DNA from: Candidatus Moraniibacteriota bacterium
GTDB taxonomy: Bacteria; Patescibacteriota; Minisyncoccia; Moranbacterales; UBA1568
NCBI GenBank assembly: GCA_903854995.1
Contig: CAINXS010000067.1
Span: 1-54,017 of the forward strand
DNA length: 54,017 nucleotides
Direction: 5' to 3'
Position 1 is the first letter of the stretch. Each line of letters opens with the position of its first letter. Under the pieces are notes generated by a model that worked only from the letters and a program-made list of their open reading frames with translations, did no database searches and was not told the DNA's origin. Position numbers and translations under genes: made by a program. Below are positions 9,497-18,960 of the stretch, piece by piece.

Positions 9497-10075
9497 ATGG
9501 CAGCCAAGGATACGAGGGAATACGAGCTTTTTTATCTCGTCGGTGATTCGAAGGAGGCCGAGCTTCCGACGATTCGGACCGAGGTGGAGAAGATCGTGAC
9601 GGACTTCGGAGGAACGTTCCTGCCCGAGGAGACGGAGGAAAAGAGGAATCTTGCGTATGAGATTCTGGACGAGCGCCGCGGTACGTATGTGGCGCGCCGT
9701 TTCACGATGCCGGAAGCCGGTGACGAACCGTTCTCCGCGGAGGCGCCGGAAAAAGTGAATGCGATCGACGGGATGACCCGACTGCTTCAGCTGTACAAGC
9801 CGGTTTCGCGATTCATCCTGATCCGGGCTGAGAAACTCCCGGAGCTCAAGGCGATTCCGCGCGAGGAACGTGCGAAGCCGGTCCGACGTGACGATCGTCG
9901 TAGCAGTGGCGGAGGGCGCCGCTTCCCGGATCGCGGAGGGGAGCGCCGGTCCGTGGAGCCGGTCCGTGCCGAGAAGCCGACGGTGAAGGAGGAAGAAAAG
10001 CCGGTTGAAAACGAGAAGAAGCCGATCGCGCAGGAAGACCTCGATAAGCAGCTGAAGGAAGTGCTCGATATCTAA
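9497..10075 (+). CDS. rpsF: 30S ribosomal protein bS6 with long C-terminal extension
   Basis: REYELFYL...KRNLAYEI...GTY; position before ssb-rpsR. Confidence 0.9.
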   Translation: MAAKDTREYELFYLVGDSKEAELPTIRTEVEKIVTDFGGTFLPEETEEKRNLAYEILDERRGTYVARRFTMPEAGDEPFSAEAPEKVNAIDGMTRLLQLYKPVSRFILIRAEKLPELKAIPREERAKPVRRDDRRSSGGGRRFPDRGGERRSVEPVRAEKPTVKEEEKPVENEKKPIAQEDLDKQLKEVLDI

Positions 10076-10220
10076 AAGAAGTCACTAGCCACAAGTCGAA
10101 AGTCCATAAAGTCGGAACGGGAAAAAAGAAACACTCGGTTAACGGGTCAACGCGCTGAGCGCGGGATGTGATTGAAAACAATGAAAAGATCTAACAATAC
10201 GTAATCGGTAATCAAAATAT

Positions 10221-10739
10221 ATGAACGTGAACAGAGTGATCCTGGTGGGACGTCTGACACGCGATCCCGACATACGGACGACGCAGACCGGTCAGACGGT
10301 CGCGACCATCGGAATGGCGACAAACCATCACTGGACCGACAAGGCCGGCCAGAAACAGGAGAAGACCGAATTTCATACGGTCGTCCTCTGGGGGCGACTC
10401 GCGGAGATCGCCGGACAGTACCTTACGAAGGGCATGGAAGCGTTTTTCGAAGGGAGACTCCAGACCCGTTCGTTCGTGGGCAAGGACGGCGTGGAGCGAA
10501 AGACGACCGAAATCGTCGGCGAATCCATGCAGATCGGGTCTCGACCGCAGGGGAATCAGGGCGGCGGATATGCGCCGAGACAGGGCGGTTATTCCCAGGC
10601 TCCGGCCGGCGGCGGATCCGTGGCAGGTCCGCGTCCCGCGGCGCAGCGATCGGCGCCGGCCGCGATCGAAGACGAAATTCCGACCATCAACCTCGATGAC
10701 GAGAAAGACGAGATCCGGATCGAGGACGTCCCGTTCTAA
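10221..10739 (+). CDS. ssb: single-stranded DNA-binding protein
   Basis: NRVILVGRLTRDP; acidic tail EDVPF. Confidence 0.98.
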   Translation: MNVNRVILVGRLTRDPDIRTTQTGQTVATIGMATNHHWTDKAGQKQEKTEFHTVVLWGRLAEIAGQYLTKGMEAFFEGRLQTRSFVGKDGVERKTTEIVGESMQIGSRPQGNQGGGYAPRQGGYSQAPAGGGSVAGPRPAAQRSAPAAIEDEIPTINLDDEKDEIRIEDVPF

Positions 10740-10821
10740 ACAGGACTTACAACTTACAACCGACAACCAGCAGCAATGATGAAGCGAGTTGTTCGGGATA
10801 ATTCGTTCGAATATCATATCT

Positions 10822-11016
10822 ATGGAAGACGCGATGCAGAAAAAGCTCGATCACCTCGATTACAAGGACGCCTATTTTCTTCGGAAGTTCCTGAACTCCC
10901 AGGGAAAGATCTATCCGCCGAAGCGGTACGGACTGTCGGCGAAGCAGCAGAAGGACGTGTCGCTCGCGATCAAGCGTGCGCGGTTCATGGGACTCATCCC
11001 GTACGTGGTGAAGTAG
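10822..11016 (+). CDS. rpsR: 30S ribosomal protein bS18 (no Zn-binding cysteines)
   Basis: LDYKDAYFLRKFL...GKI...AIKRARFMGLIPY. Confidence 0.95.
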   Translation: MEDAMQKKLDHLDYKDAYFLRKFLNSQGKIYPPKRYGLSAKQQKDVSLAIKRARFMGLIPYVVK

Positions 11017-11181
11017 GTCATAGAACAGATAACAAAAAATTCATATATTCTTTTGGGTTTTTGTTTTCTTCGGCTGTTCGATGATATGCTTATTGTTATC
11101 TGACTGTCGTTCCATGTACCTGTTTAACGTTATCTGCTCATCGACTCCCGTTAGCCGTTAATTGATTTCTGCTGACCGCTT

Positions 11182-11739
11182 ATGCTCGGACTGAGCGACA
11201 TCAAGACCGGAAAAAAGATAGTATGGGACGGACAGCCGTTCGTCGTGCTCGATTACCAGCATTCCAAGACGGGACGTGCCGGCGCCGTCATGCGCACGAA
11301 GCTTCGCAATATCATCACCGGCGCGACGATCGAATACACGTTCCAGGACAAGGACAAGTTCGAGGAGGCGGAAACCTCGAAGTCCTCGGCCCAGTACCTG
11401 TATCCGGAAGGGGACGAGTATCATTTCATGGATTCGGAAAGTTACGAGCAGTTCGCCCTTTCCGCCGAGACGCTCGGCGATGCCGCGAAGTATCTTATCG
11501 AAGGGACCGAAGTCGTCATACTCAACTACGCCGGTCGCGCGATCAACGTCGAACTTCCCGTGAAGATGACGCTCGAGGTCGTCGATGCGCCGCCGGGACT
11601 CAAGGGCGATACGGCCTCGGGCGGCGACAAGGTCGTCACGCTCGAGAACGGGCTCAAACTGACCGTACCGCTCTTCATCTCCGCCGGAGACAAGGTGATA
11701 GTGAATACCGAGAAGGGGGCATACGTGTCACGGGCATAA
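11182..11739 (+). CDS. efp: elongation factor P
   Basis: HSKTGRAGA (Arg-type loop), PPGLKGDTASGG, VPLFI. Confidence 0.97.
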   Translation: MLGLSDIKTGKKIVWDGQPFVVLDYQHSKTGRAGAVMRTKLRNIITGATIEYTFQDKDKFEEAETSKSSAQYLYPEGDEYHFMDSESYEQFALSAETLGDAAKYLIEGTEVVILNYAGRAINVELPVKMTLEVVDAPPGLKGDTASGGDKVVTLENGLKLTVPLFISAGDKVIVNTEKGAYVSRA

Positions 11740-11838
11740 GCGCCGAACTGACAACTCACAACTGACAACGGAATCCGGAAGAAAGAATCAAGAATCAAGA
11801 ACGCACAGCACAAAGAAAGCCGCCCACGTGGGTGGTTT

Positions 11839-11955
11839 TTAGACTTTTTGTAGATACTTTTGGGAATAATTTCACATTCGGATCTCCGCTTCGGTCATGG
11901 TTTTTCGAAGTGTTCGTGCTCGGGATTTCAGGATGATTTTCCTATCGGATGGCAT
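11839..11955 (-). pseudogene. remnant of a DUF559/Vsr-like endonuclease gene
   Basis: LKSRARTLRKTMTEAEIRM*NY resembles the DUF559 N-terminus (RARELRKNMT.AE..LW); TGA at the Trp position; truncated afterwards. Confidence 0.6.
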
Positions 11956-12000
11956 AAGTTTTACCTTTTTTTTTGGCTTTCCATTCTTCCAACCCCTCCT

Positions 12001-12110
12001 GTCACGTCGTTCGCGAACGACGTGACTGTCCTCCCCTTGGGACAAGGGGAGAGAACGTTTTATTATTACCTGTTCTCTATCCTGTGTTTTCTCCTTTGGG
12101 ACAAAGGAGA
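12001..12110. repeat. palindromic REP-like cluster
   Basis: Perfect 26-bp palindrome GTCACGTCGTTCGCGAACGACGTGAC (12001-12026); hairpins CTCCCCTTG-GGA-CAAGGGGAG and TCTCCTTTG-GGA-CAAAGGAGA. Confidence 0.8.
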
Positions 12111-12141
12111 AGCAAAGAGGATTGGGGAATAGCAACAGCGA

Positions 12142-12666
12142 CTATTCTGAGTCAAGTTTTTTCTCTATCTCCAAAAAAGTCTTCCGAAGCGCAATAAGTT
12201 CCTCCTCCGAAAAAGGCGATAGCACGTAGGCGTCGGCGGGAATGTTTTCCGGCGGACGGCCGATGCCGATGCGGATGCGCGTGAAATCCTTGGTACCGAG
12301 TTTCTCGATAAGGTCGGCGACACCGTTGTGTCCCGCGGCTCCGGACCCCTTGGTGATCTTGAACGTACCTGAAGCGATGTCGAGGTCGTCATGAATGACG
12401 ATGATATCGTCGACGGGAATCTTGAAGAAGTCCATGACGGATCGGACGGACTCCCCGGAGCGGTTCATGAATGTTTCGGGCTTGAGAAGGATGGTCTTTT
12501 CGCCGTCATGCATGCCTGCCGAGACGGAACCCTTCCATTTTGTGTTCGGTTGAAACGGCTCGAGGCCCCACGTTTCGCTCAGGAAATCAAGAAACAAGAA
12601 CCCGGCATTGTGGCGGGTCTTTTCGTATTCTTTTCCCGGATTGCCGAGGCCGACGATGAGTTTCAT
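12142..12666 (-). CDS. pth: peptidyl-tRNA hydrolase
   Basis: LIVGLGNPG...TRHNAG, KPETFMNRSG, HDDLD, GHNG. Confidence 0.98.
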   Translation of the reverse strand: MKLIVGLGNPGKEYEKTRHNAGFLFLDFLSETWGLEPFQPNTKWKGSVSAGMHDGEKTILLKPETFMNRSGESVRSVMDFFKIPVDDIIVIHDDLDIASGTFKITKGSGAAGHNGVADLIEKLGTKDFTRIRIGIGRPPENIPADAYVLSPFSEEELIALRKTFLEIEKKLDSE

Positions 12667-12835
12667 AGACATTTTATTATGTATTTATCATACCATTATA
12701 ATCGTTCCAGGAGTCGAATTGTATCCGTATGTCAGAAATTATTTCGTTAACGCGTTAACGAGTTTTTCCGCCAATCGATTTCTGTTTCCCTGTTTTCTGC
12801 CTTCTGTTAACTGTTATCTGCTCTCTGTTATCTGA

Positions 12836-14281
12836 CTATCGTGTCTGCGGCGTGAAATATTCCGAGAAGGGGTCGTCGCCGGCCGCGTCGGACGAGTCGC
12901 TGCCGAGCGATGCCTCCGGCAGAGGGTGTTCTTTCACGTCGTTCCCGATGACGATGACAAAGTCCGCATCCTTGGTCCCGGCCGGGAGTGTCGGCATGTC
13001 GGCGGTCCTCTCAAGCGAGAACGTGCCGAGGAGCGAGTCGAGCGTGAACGGTTTGCCGAGATTCGTACGGTCGAAGACGGCACTCTTCGGGGACATCCTT
13101 ATCGTGTTTTCCGTCGAAACCCGGATGTCCTCGGCGGGAACGGCATCATTGAGCGCGGCCGCGAACCGGCTCGCGACGGACGCCTCTTCGGGTCGTGACA
13201 GGATGAGGATGGATGCCTTCTCCTGTTCCATCCCGCCGCGTTTCCGATCGAGTTCCTGCTTGTCGAATATGTTGGAAGCGAGATCGCGGATCTCGTTCCA
13301 GTTTCCGGTACGCGGAACGAGAATGAACGCCCGGATCCCGTTCATGTCCATATGTGAGACCCTGAGGAGACTCTCCTTTTTCCACGCGTCGACGACCGCC
13401 GTCGAGGCGTTGCGGAGATCGGTCGTCTTTCCAATCTCGATAAGACTCCCGATCTGGCTCATCGTCAGATTCGTACGGACGCTGTCACCCAGGGTGTCGA
13501 GCAGCCGGTTCGCGGTGAAAACATCGAGATATGTCCTGATCGAAAGGGCCTTTTCCTGAAACGCCTTTATGATCTGCTGCTGGCGTTTCGCCCGGCCGAA
13601 ATCGCCTTCGGGGTCGTCGTGCCGTTCCCGGGCGTATTTGAGCGCCGTCGCCCCGTCGAGCGTATGCCATCCGGCCGAAAGTTCGAATGTCTCGTAGCTG
13701 TAATTTTTTCCGGGATAGCGGGTGTCGAGTATGTCGCGTGCCGATTCGACGCGGATGCCGCCGATGTCGTCGATGACCTTTTCGAATCCGTCGAAGTCGA
13801 GCGCCGCATAGTAGGGGATGTCCTGCCCCGTCAGTTCTTCCACGGCACCGATGACCGAATCGGCGCCATCGCCCTGGTTGAGTCCGTACTGGTAGACGGA
13901 GTTGAGTTTGGTATACAGGCCCGAACCCGGAATCGGTACGAACAGATCGCGCGGAATGGAGAGGAACGCGGCGCGATGTTCGCGGGTGTCGATACTCGCA
14001 AGCATGATCGTGTCGGTCAGATTCTGGCCGGGATAGTTTTTTCCGGCACGACCGAGGAGCAGGATGTTGACCCTCCCGTTTTCCTCGCCTTTGAGCGGCT
14101 CGCGCTTTCCTCCCGGAAGAACGGATGCGAGGTTCCCGAACGCTCCGGACGATGACGCATTGTCGACGTGGATCTTTTCCGCGGTTCGGAGCACCCGGAT
14201 CCCGAGGAAAAGCAGTGCTACCGTCGGAACGGCGATCACTGCGGCGATCAGGTATCTTATGCTGTTTTTCCCTTTATCCAT
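12836..14281 (-). CDS. LCP (LytR-CpsA-Psr) family protein
   Basis: N-terminal TM, NILLLG, TDTIML, LSIPRDL, ALKYARER, GDFGRAKRQQ. Confidence 0.95.
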   Translation of the reverse strand: MDKGKNSIRYLIAAVIAVPTVALLFLGIRVLRTAEKIHVDNASSSGAFGNLASVLPGGKREPLKGEENGRVNILLLGRAGKNYPGQNLTDTIMLASIDTREHRAAFLSIPRDLFVPIPGSGLYTKLNSVYQYGLNQGDGADSVIGAVEELTGQDIPYYAALDFDGFEKVIDDIGGIRVESARDILDTRYPGKNYSYETFELSAGWHTLDGATALKYARERHDDPEGDFGRAKRQQQIIKAFQEKALSIRTYLDVFTANRLLDTLGDSVRTNLTMSQIGSLIEIGKTTDLRNASTAVVDAWKKESLLRVSHMDMNGIRAFILVPRTGNWNEIRDLASNIFDKQELDRKRGGMEQEKASILILSRPEEASVASRFAAALNDAVPAEDIRVSTENTIRMSPKSAVFDRTNLGKPFTLDSLLGTFSLERTADMPTLPAGTKDADFVIVIGNDVKEHPLPEASLGSDSSDAAGDDPFSEYFTPQTR

Positions 14282-14390
14282 GGTATTTTACGGAGTGTTT
14301 CGGATGCTTGATTTTCCGTCGGAAACGTGATATCATGGCAACGTTTGATTCTCATTCACGGAGGAATGACTCCTCCTGATTTTCTTCATT

Positions 14391-15047
14391 ATGATCGCGA
14401 ACCCCGACCGACCGGGTCTTCCGAAGCGTGAAGCCGACTCGAAAAACGGAAGCGAGGAGGAGCTCTCCGCCGGACAATTCTTTCTCGAGATGGTGAAGGT
14501 GTTCCTGTTGGCCGCCGTCATCATCATACCAGTACGTGTCTTTCTCTTCCAGCCGTTCTTCGTTCAGGGTTCGAGCATGCAGCCGAATTTCGAAAACGGC
14601 GAGTATCTCGTCGTCAACGAATTCGGGTACAAGAAGACCCGGGTAGGTCTTCCCGAAACCCCGTTCTTCACGGTCTCGCCGTTTTATTCGCTGACGCGGC
14701 AGGAACCGATAGTCTTCCGATCCCCGCAGAAAGAAGGCTTGTACCTGATCAAGCGCGTCATCGGTCTTCCGGGTGAAACCGTGCGGATCGAACATTCGAA
14801 CATCATCATCACGGACGCCGAGCATCCGGACGGGTTCAGGCTCGACGAATCATCGTATCTCGCATCGTCGGTCATAACGACGGATATGAAACCGCTGACC
14901 CTCGGGGCCGACCAGTATTTCGTTCTCGGCGACAACCGCATGAACAGCCTCGATTCCCGCGTATTCGGTCCCGTCGATCGGGGGCTCGTCGTCGGGAAGG
15001 TGCTCTTCCGGGCGTGGCCGATTACGCGGGGCGAGTGGTACCGGTGA
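14391..15047 (+). CDS. lepB: signal peptidase I
   Basis: VQGSSMQPN, LIKRVIGLPGE, YFVLGDNRMNSLDSR. Confidence 0.97.
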   Translation: MIANPDRPGLPKREADSKNGSEEELSAGQFFLEMVKVFLLAAVIIIPVRVFLFQPFFVQGSSMQPNFENGEYLVVNEFGYKKTRVGLPETPFFTVSPFYSLTRQEPIVFRSPQKEGLYLIKRVIGLPGETVRIEHSNIIITDAEHPDGFRLDESSYLASSVITTDMKPLTLGADQYFVLGDNRMNSLDSRVFGPVDRGLVVGKVLFRAWPITRGEWYR

Positions 15048-15096
15048 ACCGACGTTTCGGATATTTTCGTAATAAAGCAGCATAAGCGACCCGTCT

Positions 15097-16539
15097 ATGA
15101 CTCCGAAGAAGACCGTGCTCCCGAAGAAGGCCAAACCGGCGGCGAAGAAGCCGGTGGCAAAGTCCGCCGTGAAGCCGGAAAAGAAGTCCGTGGCGAAAGC
15201 CGCTCCGGCACCGCTCGTTTCCGAGAACGAGCTCCTCATGCAGTCATTGCGCGGCATGCGCGATATTCTGCCCGACGAGCAGCCGTATTGGGAGCGCGTG
15301 AGGCGGAGCCTATCCACGGCCGCGCAGGACTACGGGTTCCAGCGTATCGATACGCCGACAGTCGAATACCTGCATCTTTTCGTGCGTTCCATCAAGGAAG
15401 GGACGGACATCATAGACAAGGAGATCTACTCGTTCCAGACCCGTGGCGGAGACCGCGTGGCGCTCCGGCCCGAGTTCACCGCCGGAATCGGTCGCGCCTA
15501 CATCCAGCACGGGATGAGTGTGCTTCCGAAGCCGATCCGCCTCTTCTCCATGGGACCGGTGTTCCGTTATGACCGGCCTCAGGAGGGACGATATCGCGAA
15601 TTATGGCAGGGGGACTTCGAAGTGTTCGGCGAGGCCGATCCGATATTGGATGCCCAGGTGATGCAGGTCGCGTACCGTGTCGTCCGGGAGCTCGGTCTCA
15701 AGGATGTCGAATTTCAGGTGAACTCCATCGGAACGCCCGAATCGCGCAAGCGATATGAGAAGGCTCTGGTCCGGTTCCTCGAGTCCCAGAAGCACAAGCT
15801 CTGTCAGGTGTGTCGCGAGCGTCTTACGACGAACCCGATGCGCATCCTCGACTGCAAGGAGGACAAGTGCGTGCAACTGACCTCGCAGGTCCCGCAGGCG
15901 CTCGATTTCCTCGACGACGAGTCACGCGCGCACTTCAAATCGTTGCTCGAGTATCTGGACGAGCTCGAACTTCCGTATTCCATCAATCCTCGTCTCGTCC
16001 GCGGACTCGACTATTACACGCGGACCGTGTTCGAGATCTGGTCGACCGACCGTGAGGGGAAGAAATACGCGCTCGGTGGCGGTGGCCGGTACGACAACCT
16101 CATACAGGAGCTCGGTGGCGAGCCGACGCCGGCGATCGGTTTCGGCCTCGGTCTCGACCGCGTCGTGCTTGAGATGAAGCGTACCCAGGTGCGGCCGTAC
16201 GAATTTCCGAAGCCACGCGTGTTTCTCGCGCAGCTCGGCGATCTTGCGAAGAAGAAAAGCCTCAGGCTGTTTTCCGAACTTGAGAAGCACGGCATCCTGA
16301 CGACGGAGAGCTTCGGTCGCGGAAGTCTCAAGGCGCAGATGCGCGTCGCGGGACGGCTCGGCGTGGAGGTGACGATCATCCTCGGTCAGAAGGAAGCCCT
16401 TGATGGCACGGCCATCGTGAAGGATATGGTGTCGGGGACGCAGGAGACCGTCACGCAGGAACGACTCGTGGATGCCGTGAAAAAAATCCTCAAGACGAAC
16501 GTGACGCTTGCACATCCGCCCGTGAAATCCGAAAAGTGA
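15097..16539 (+). CDS. hisS: histidine--tRNA ligase with Lys/Ala/Pro-rich N-terminal extension
   Basis: RGMRDILP, LRPEFTA, FRYDRPQEGRYRE, LVRGLDYYTRT, GGGRYD. Confidence 0.98.
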   Translation: MTPKKTVLPKKAKPAAKKPVAKSAVKPEKKSVAKAAPAPLVSENELLMQSLRGMRDILPDEQPYWERVRRSLSTAAQDYGFQRIDTPTVEYLHLFVRSIKEGTDIIDKEIYSFQTRGGDRVALRPEFTAGIGRAYIQHGMSVLPKPIRLFSMGPVFRYDRPQEGRYRELWQGDFEVFGEADPILDAQVMQVAYRVVRELGLKDVEFQVNSIGTPESRKRYEKALVRFLESQKHKLCQVCRERLTTNPMRILDCKEDKCVQLTSQVPQALDFLDDESRAHFKSLLEYLDELELPYSINPRLVRGLDYYTRTVFEIWSTDREGKKYALGGGGRYDNLIQELGGEPTPAIGFGLGLDRVVLEMKRTQVRPYEFPKPRVFLAQLGDLAKKKSLRLFSELEKHGILTTESFGRGSLKAQMRVAGRLGVEVTIILGQKEALDGTAIVKDMVSGTQETVTQERLVDAVKKILKTNVTLAHPPVKSEK

Positions 16540-16554
16540 TCGTTCCGACGCAGT

Positions 16555-16908
16555 ATGGAAGAGACCGTTTTCGACAAAATCATACGGAAAGAGATTCCGG
16601 CGGACATCGTGCTCGAGACGGACGAGCTGATCGCGTTTCACGATATTCATCCGCTCGCGCCTGTGCACGTCCTCATCATCCCGAAACGTCGAATCGAGAC
16701 TATCGACGACCTTGAGGACGGGGACGCGGGGCTTGCGGGGCGCATGATCATCGCTGCGCGCGATATCGCGAGGGACTTGAACATTTCCCGGAAAGGGTAT
16801 AAGCTTCTGTTTCGGGTCGGTCATGACGGCGGGCAGGAAATCCCGCATATTCATCTGCACCTGATCGGCGGGGCCAGGCTCTCGGAAGGGATCCGACCCG
16901 CGAAATGA
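16555..16908 (+). CDS. HIT family nucleotide hydrolase
   Basis: FDKIIRKEIPA; HIHLH histidine triad. Confidence 0.95.
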   Translation: MEETVFDKIIRKEIPADIVLETDELIAFHDIHPLAPVHVLIIPKRRIETIDDLEDGDAGLAGRMIIAARDIARDLNISRKGYKLLFRVGHDGGQEIPHIHLHLIGGARLSEGIRPAK

Positions 16909-16961
16909 AAGAGACGCCCGAAAGGGCCGGGATGAGGCGGAAATTCAATCGATATCACTAG

Positions 16962-16971
16962 GAAAGGAGGT
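16962..16971 (+). promoter_or_regulatory. extended Shine-Dalgarno of rpsU
   Basis: GAAAGGAGGT ending 8 nt before ATG 16980. Confidence 0.85.
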
Positions 16972-16979
16972 CGGTATAC

Positions 16980-17234
16980 ATGATACAGGTACGTAAGAAG
17001 GAAAAGGAGACGCCGGAAAGCATGATCCGTCGTTTTTCTCGGCGTGTCCAGCAGAGCGGCACGCTTCAGCGCGCGCGAAAGCTTCGCTTCCGTCGCGAGG
17101 AGAAGAGCAAGACCGAGCGTCGCAATGAGGCGCTCTACAAGACGAAGATCCGCAAGGAAATCGGCCGGCTGAAGAAATTCGGAAAATTCGACGATGAATC
17201 GCTCCGCGAGATCAAGAAAAAACTCAACCGCTAA
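16980..17234 (+). CDS. rpsU: 30S ribosomal protein bS21 (84 aa, C-terminally extended)
   Basis: VRKKEKETPESMIRRFSRRVQQSG; conserved rpsU-yqeY synteny. Confidence 0.85.
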   Translation: MIQVRKKEKETPESMIRRFSRRVQQSGTLQRARKLRFRREEKSKTERRNEALYKTKIRKEIGRLKKFGKFDDESLREIKKKLNR

Positions 17235-17247
17235 ACCATAGTCCGCT

Positions 17248-17700
17248 ATGACCCTCTACGAAACGATCCAGGGCGACCTCAAGGAGGCCATGAAGGCGGG
17301 GGACGCCGTACGACGCGACGTGATCCGTATGGTCGGGAGCGCGCTCAAGAACGAGGCGATCGAACTCCGGAAGCCAGCGGTCGAGCTGACCGATGCCGAG
17401 TCGGTTGCCGTTTTGCGACGGCTGGCCAAGCAGCGTCGCGAGAGCATCGCGAGCTTTCTCGCGGGCGGTCGTCCGGAACTTGCCGAGCAGGAAGAGTCCG
17501 AGCTTTCGGTCATCGGCGCGTATCTCCCGGCGAATCTTCCTGATGATGAAATCCGGAAGCTTGTCGCCGAAGCGAAAGCCGAGACCGGAGCCGCGTCGAA
17601 AGCCGACTTCGGAAAGCTCATGGGAGCCGTATCGAAGAAGGTCGCCGGTCGCGCGGACGGGAACGCCGTCAAAGTCCTCGTCGAGGAAACGCTTTCCTAG
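17248..17700 (+). CDS. GatB/YqeY domain protein
   Basis: DLKEAMKAGD...KQRRESI...GRPELAEQE...YLP...GKLMG...GRADG. Confidence 0.95.
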   Translation: MTLYETIQGDLKEAMKAGDAVRRDVIRMVGSALKNEAIELRKPAVELTDAESVAVLRRLAKQRRESIASFLAGGRPELAEQEESELSVIGAYLPANLPDDEIRKLVAEAKAETGAASKADFGKLMGAVSKKVAGRADGNAVKVLVEETLS

Positions 17701-17704
17701 TCGC

Positions 17705-18157
17705 ATGGAACCCGAACTCGACATCGTGAGGAATATCGATTGCGAGTCTGACGATGATTTTTTTGTCGCGGTCGTGAAAGAGACGATAGCCCGATCCGGG
17801 CTGTCGTCTCTTTCCTCGTACCGCACCGTATCCGCGGGTATCGCGCTCGTGACCGACGAGGCGATCGCGGAACTCAACGGGACGTATCGGGGCAAGGCCG
17901 TGCCGACCGACGTCCTGTCGTTTTCGGAACACGAGGGGGAGGAGATCCGTCCCGATGCGGACGGGAACATATTTCTCGGCGATCTCGTGATCGCGCCCGA
18001 CTTCGTGCGCCGTGCGGCGGCGGGGGATGGCGTTCCGTTCCGTATGGAACTCGCGTTCGTCTGTTCGCATGGCATACTCCACCTCCTCGGATTCGATCAT
18101 TCTCCCGAAATGTTCCGGATCCAGGATGAAGTGACGGAGACATTCTTTCCCCGCTGA
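17705..18157 (+). CDS. ybeY: rRNA maturation endoribonuclease YbeY
   Basis: LNGTYRGK..PTDVLSF, LGDLVI, HGILHLLGFDH. Confidence 0.95.
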   Translation: MEPELDIVRNIDCESDDDFFVAVVKETIARSGLSSLSSYRTVSAGIALVTDEAIAELNGTYRGKAVPTDVLSFSEHEGEEIRPDADGNIFLGDLVIAPDFVRRAAAGDGVPFRMELAFVCSHGILHLLGFDHSPEMFRIQDEVTETFFPR

Positions 18158-18229
18158 TATCCGCGCGCGTTGGCGGGGCGCGCCGTTCCATTGTAAAATA
18201 TCCGACGACGGTCCGAATCATTTTTTCCT

Positions 18230-18589
18230 ATGATGAAATTCGTAAAAAGTTTTCGACATGCCGCGGACGGGATCCGCAGTGCGGCGTCGACGGAACGGAA
18301 TTTCCGTATCGAGCTCGTGTTGGCGGCGGGAGCATTCGCGCTTTCCTGGGTCCTCCCTCTTTCCGTGACGGAGCGGGCCATGGTGTTTCTGACTATCGGT
18401 ATCATTCTCGCGCTCGAGCTGCTGAATACCGCTTTCGAACAGTTGACCGATATGCTGAGCCCGCAGTTTCATGAAAAGGTGAAGACCATCAAGGATCTTG
18501 CCGCCGGCGCGGTGCTGCTTTCGTCTTTCAGCGCGGTTCTCGTCGGGCTTGTCATCTTCGCACCGCATCTCGTGGCGCTGTTTTCGTGA
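18230..18589 (+). CDS. dgkA: diacylglycerol/undecaprenol kinase family protein
   Basis: SFRHAADGI...ERNFRI, ELLNTAFE, KDLAAGAVL. Confidence 0.9.
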   Translation: MMKFVKSFRHAADGIRSAASTERNFRIELVLAAGAFALSWVLPLSVTERAMVFLTIGIILALELLNTAFEQLTDMLSPQFHEKVKTIKDLAAGAVLLSSFSAVLVGLVIFAPHLVALFS

Positions 18590-18671
18590 CATCGAGCCGA
18601 TATCTTCCGAATCTTCCGACCAAAATTCGTAGAGACGAGGCATGCCTCATTTCTACGTTCGTGCTCGCGGT

Positions 18672-18700
18672 TTGACAAAAAAATCATCCTGGTCTATTCT
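18672..18700 (+). promoter_or_regulatory. near-consensus sigma70 promoter
   Basis: TTGACA-17-TATTCT. Confidence 0.75.
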
Positions 18701-18768
18701 TGTATTGGAAGGCTGGTTCGTTTAACAGTTTTCCCGTTTTCAAAACTTTTTAACAAAAGGAGTTAGCC

Positions 18769-18939
18769 ATGAATCATGGAACTGGAACTCTGTCGTTACT
18801 GCTGACCAACGGCGGAAAGACGGGCAGGTTAATCGACAACGGCGATAAAAGGATTGAGGGTGGCCTGAACCGCATCTTCCCAGGCAACTCTTCCATCGCT
18901 GTCGCTGACCTCGGCCAGAACTACTCTACCGCTGCTTGA
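18769..18939 (+). CDS. small hypothetical protein (56 aa)
   Basis: AAAGGAG SD, ATG 18769, TGA 18937-18939, with its own promoter and terminator; below the ORF-track cutoff. Confidence 0.65.
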   Translation: MNHGTGTLSLLLTNGGKTGRLIDNGDKRIEGGLNRIFPGNSSIAVADLGQNYSTAA

Positions 18940-18960
18940 GGTAAAATAACCTGGCAGCTT

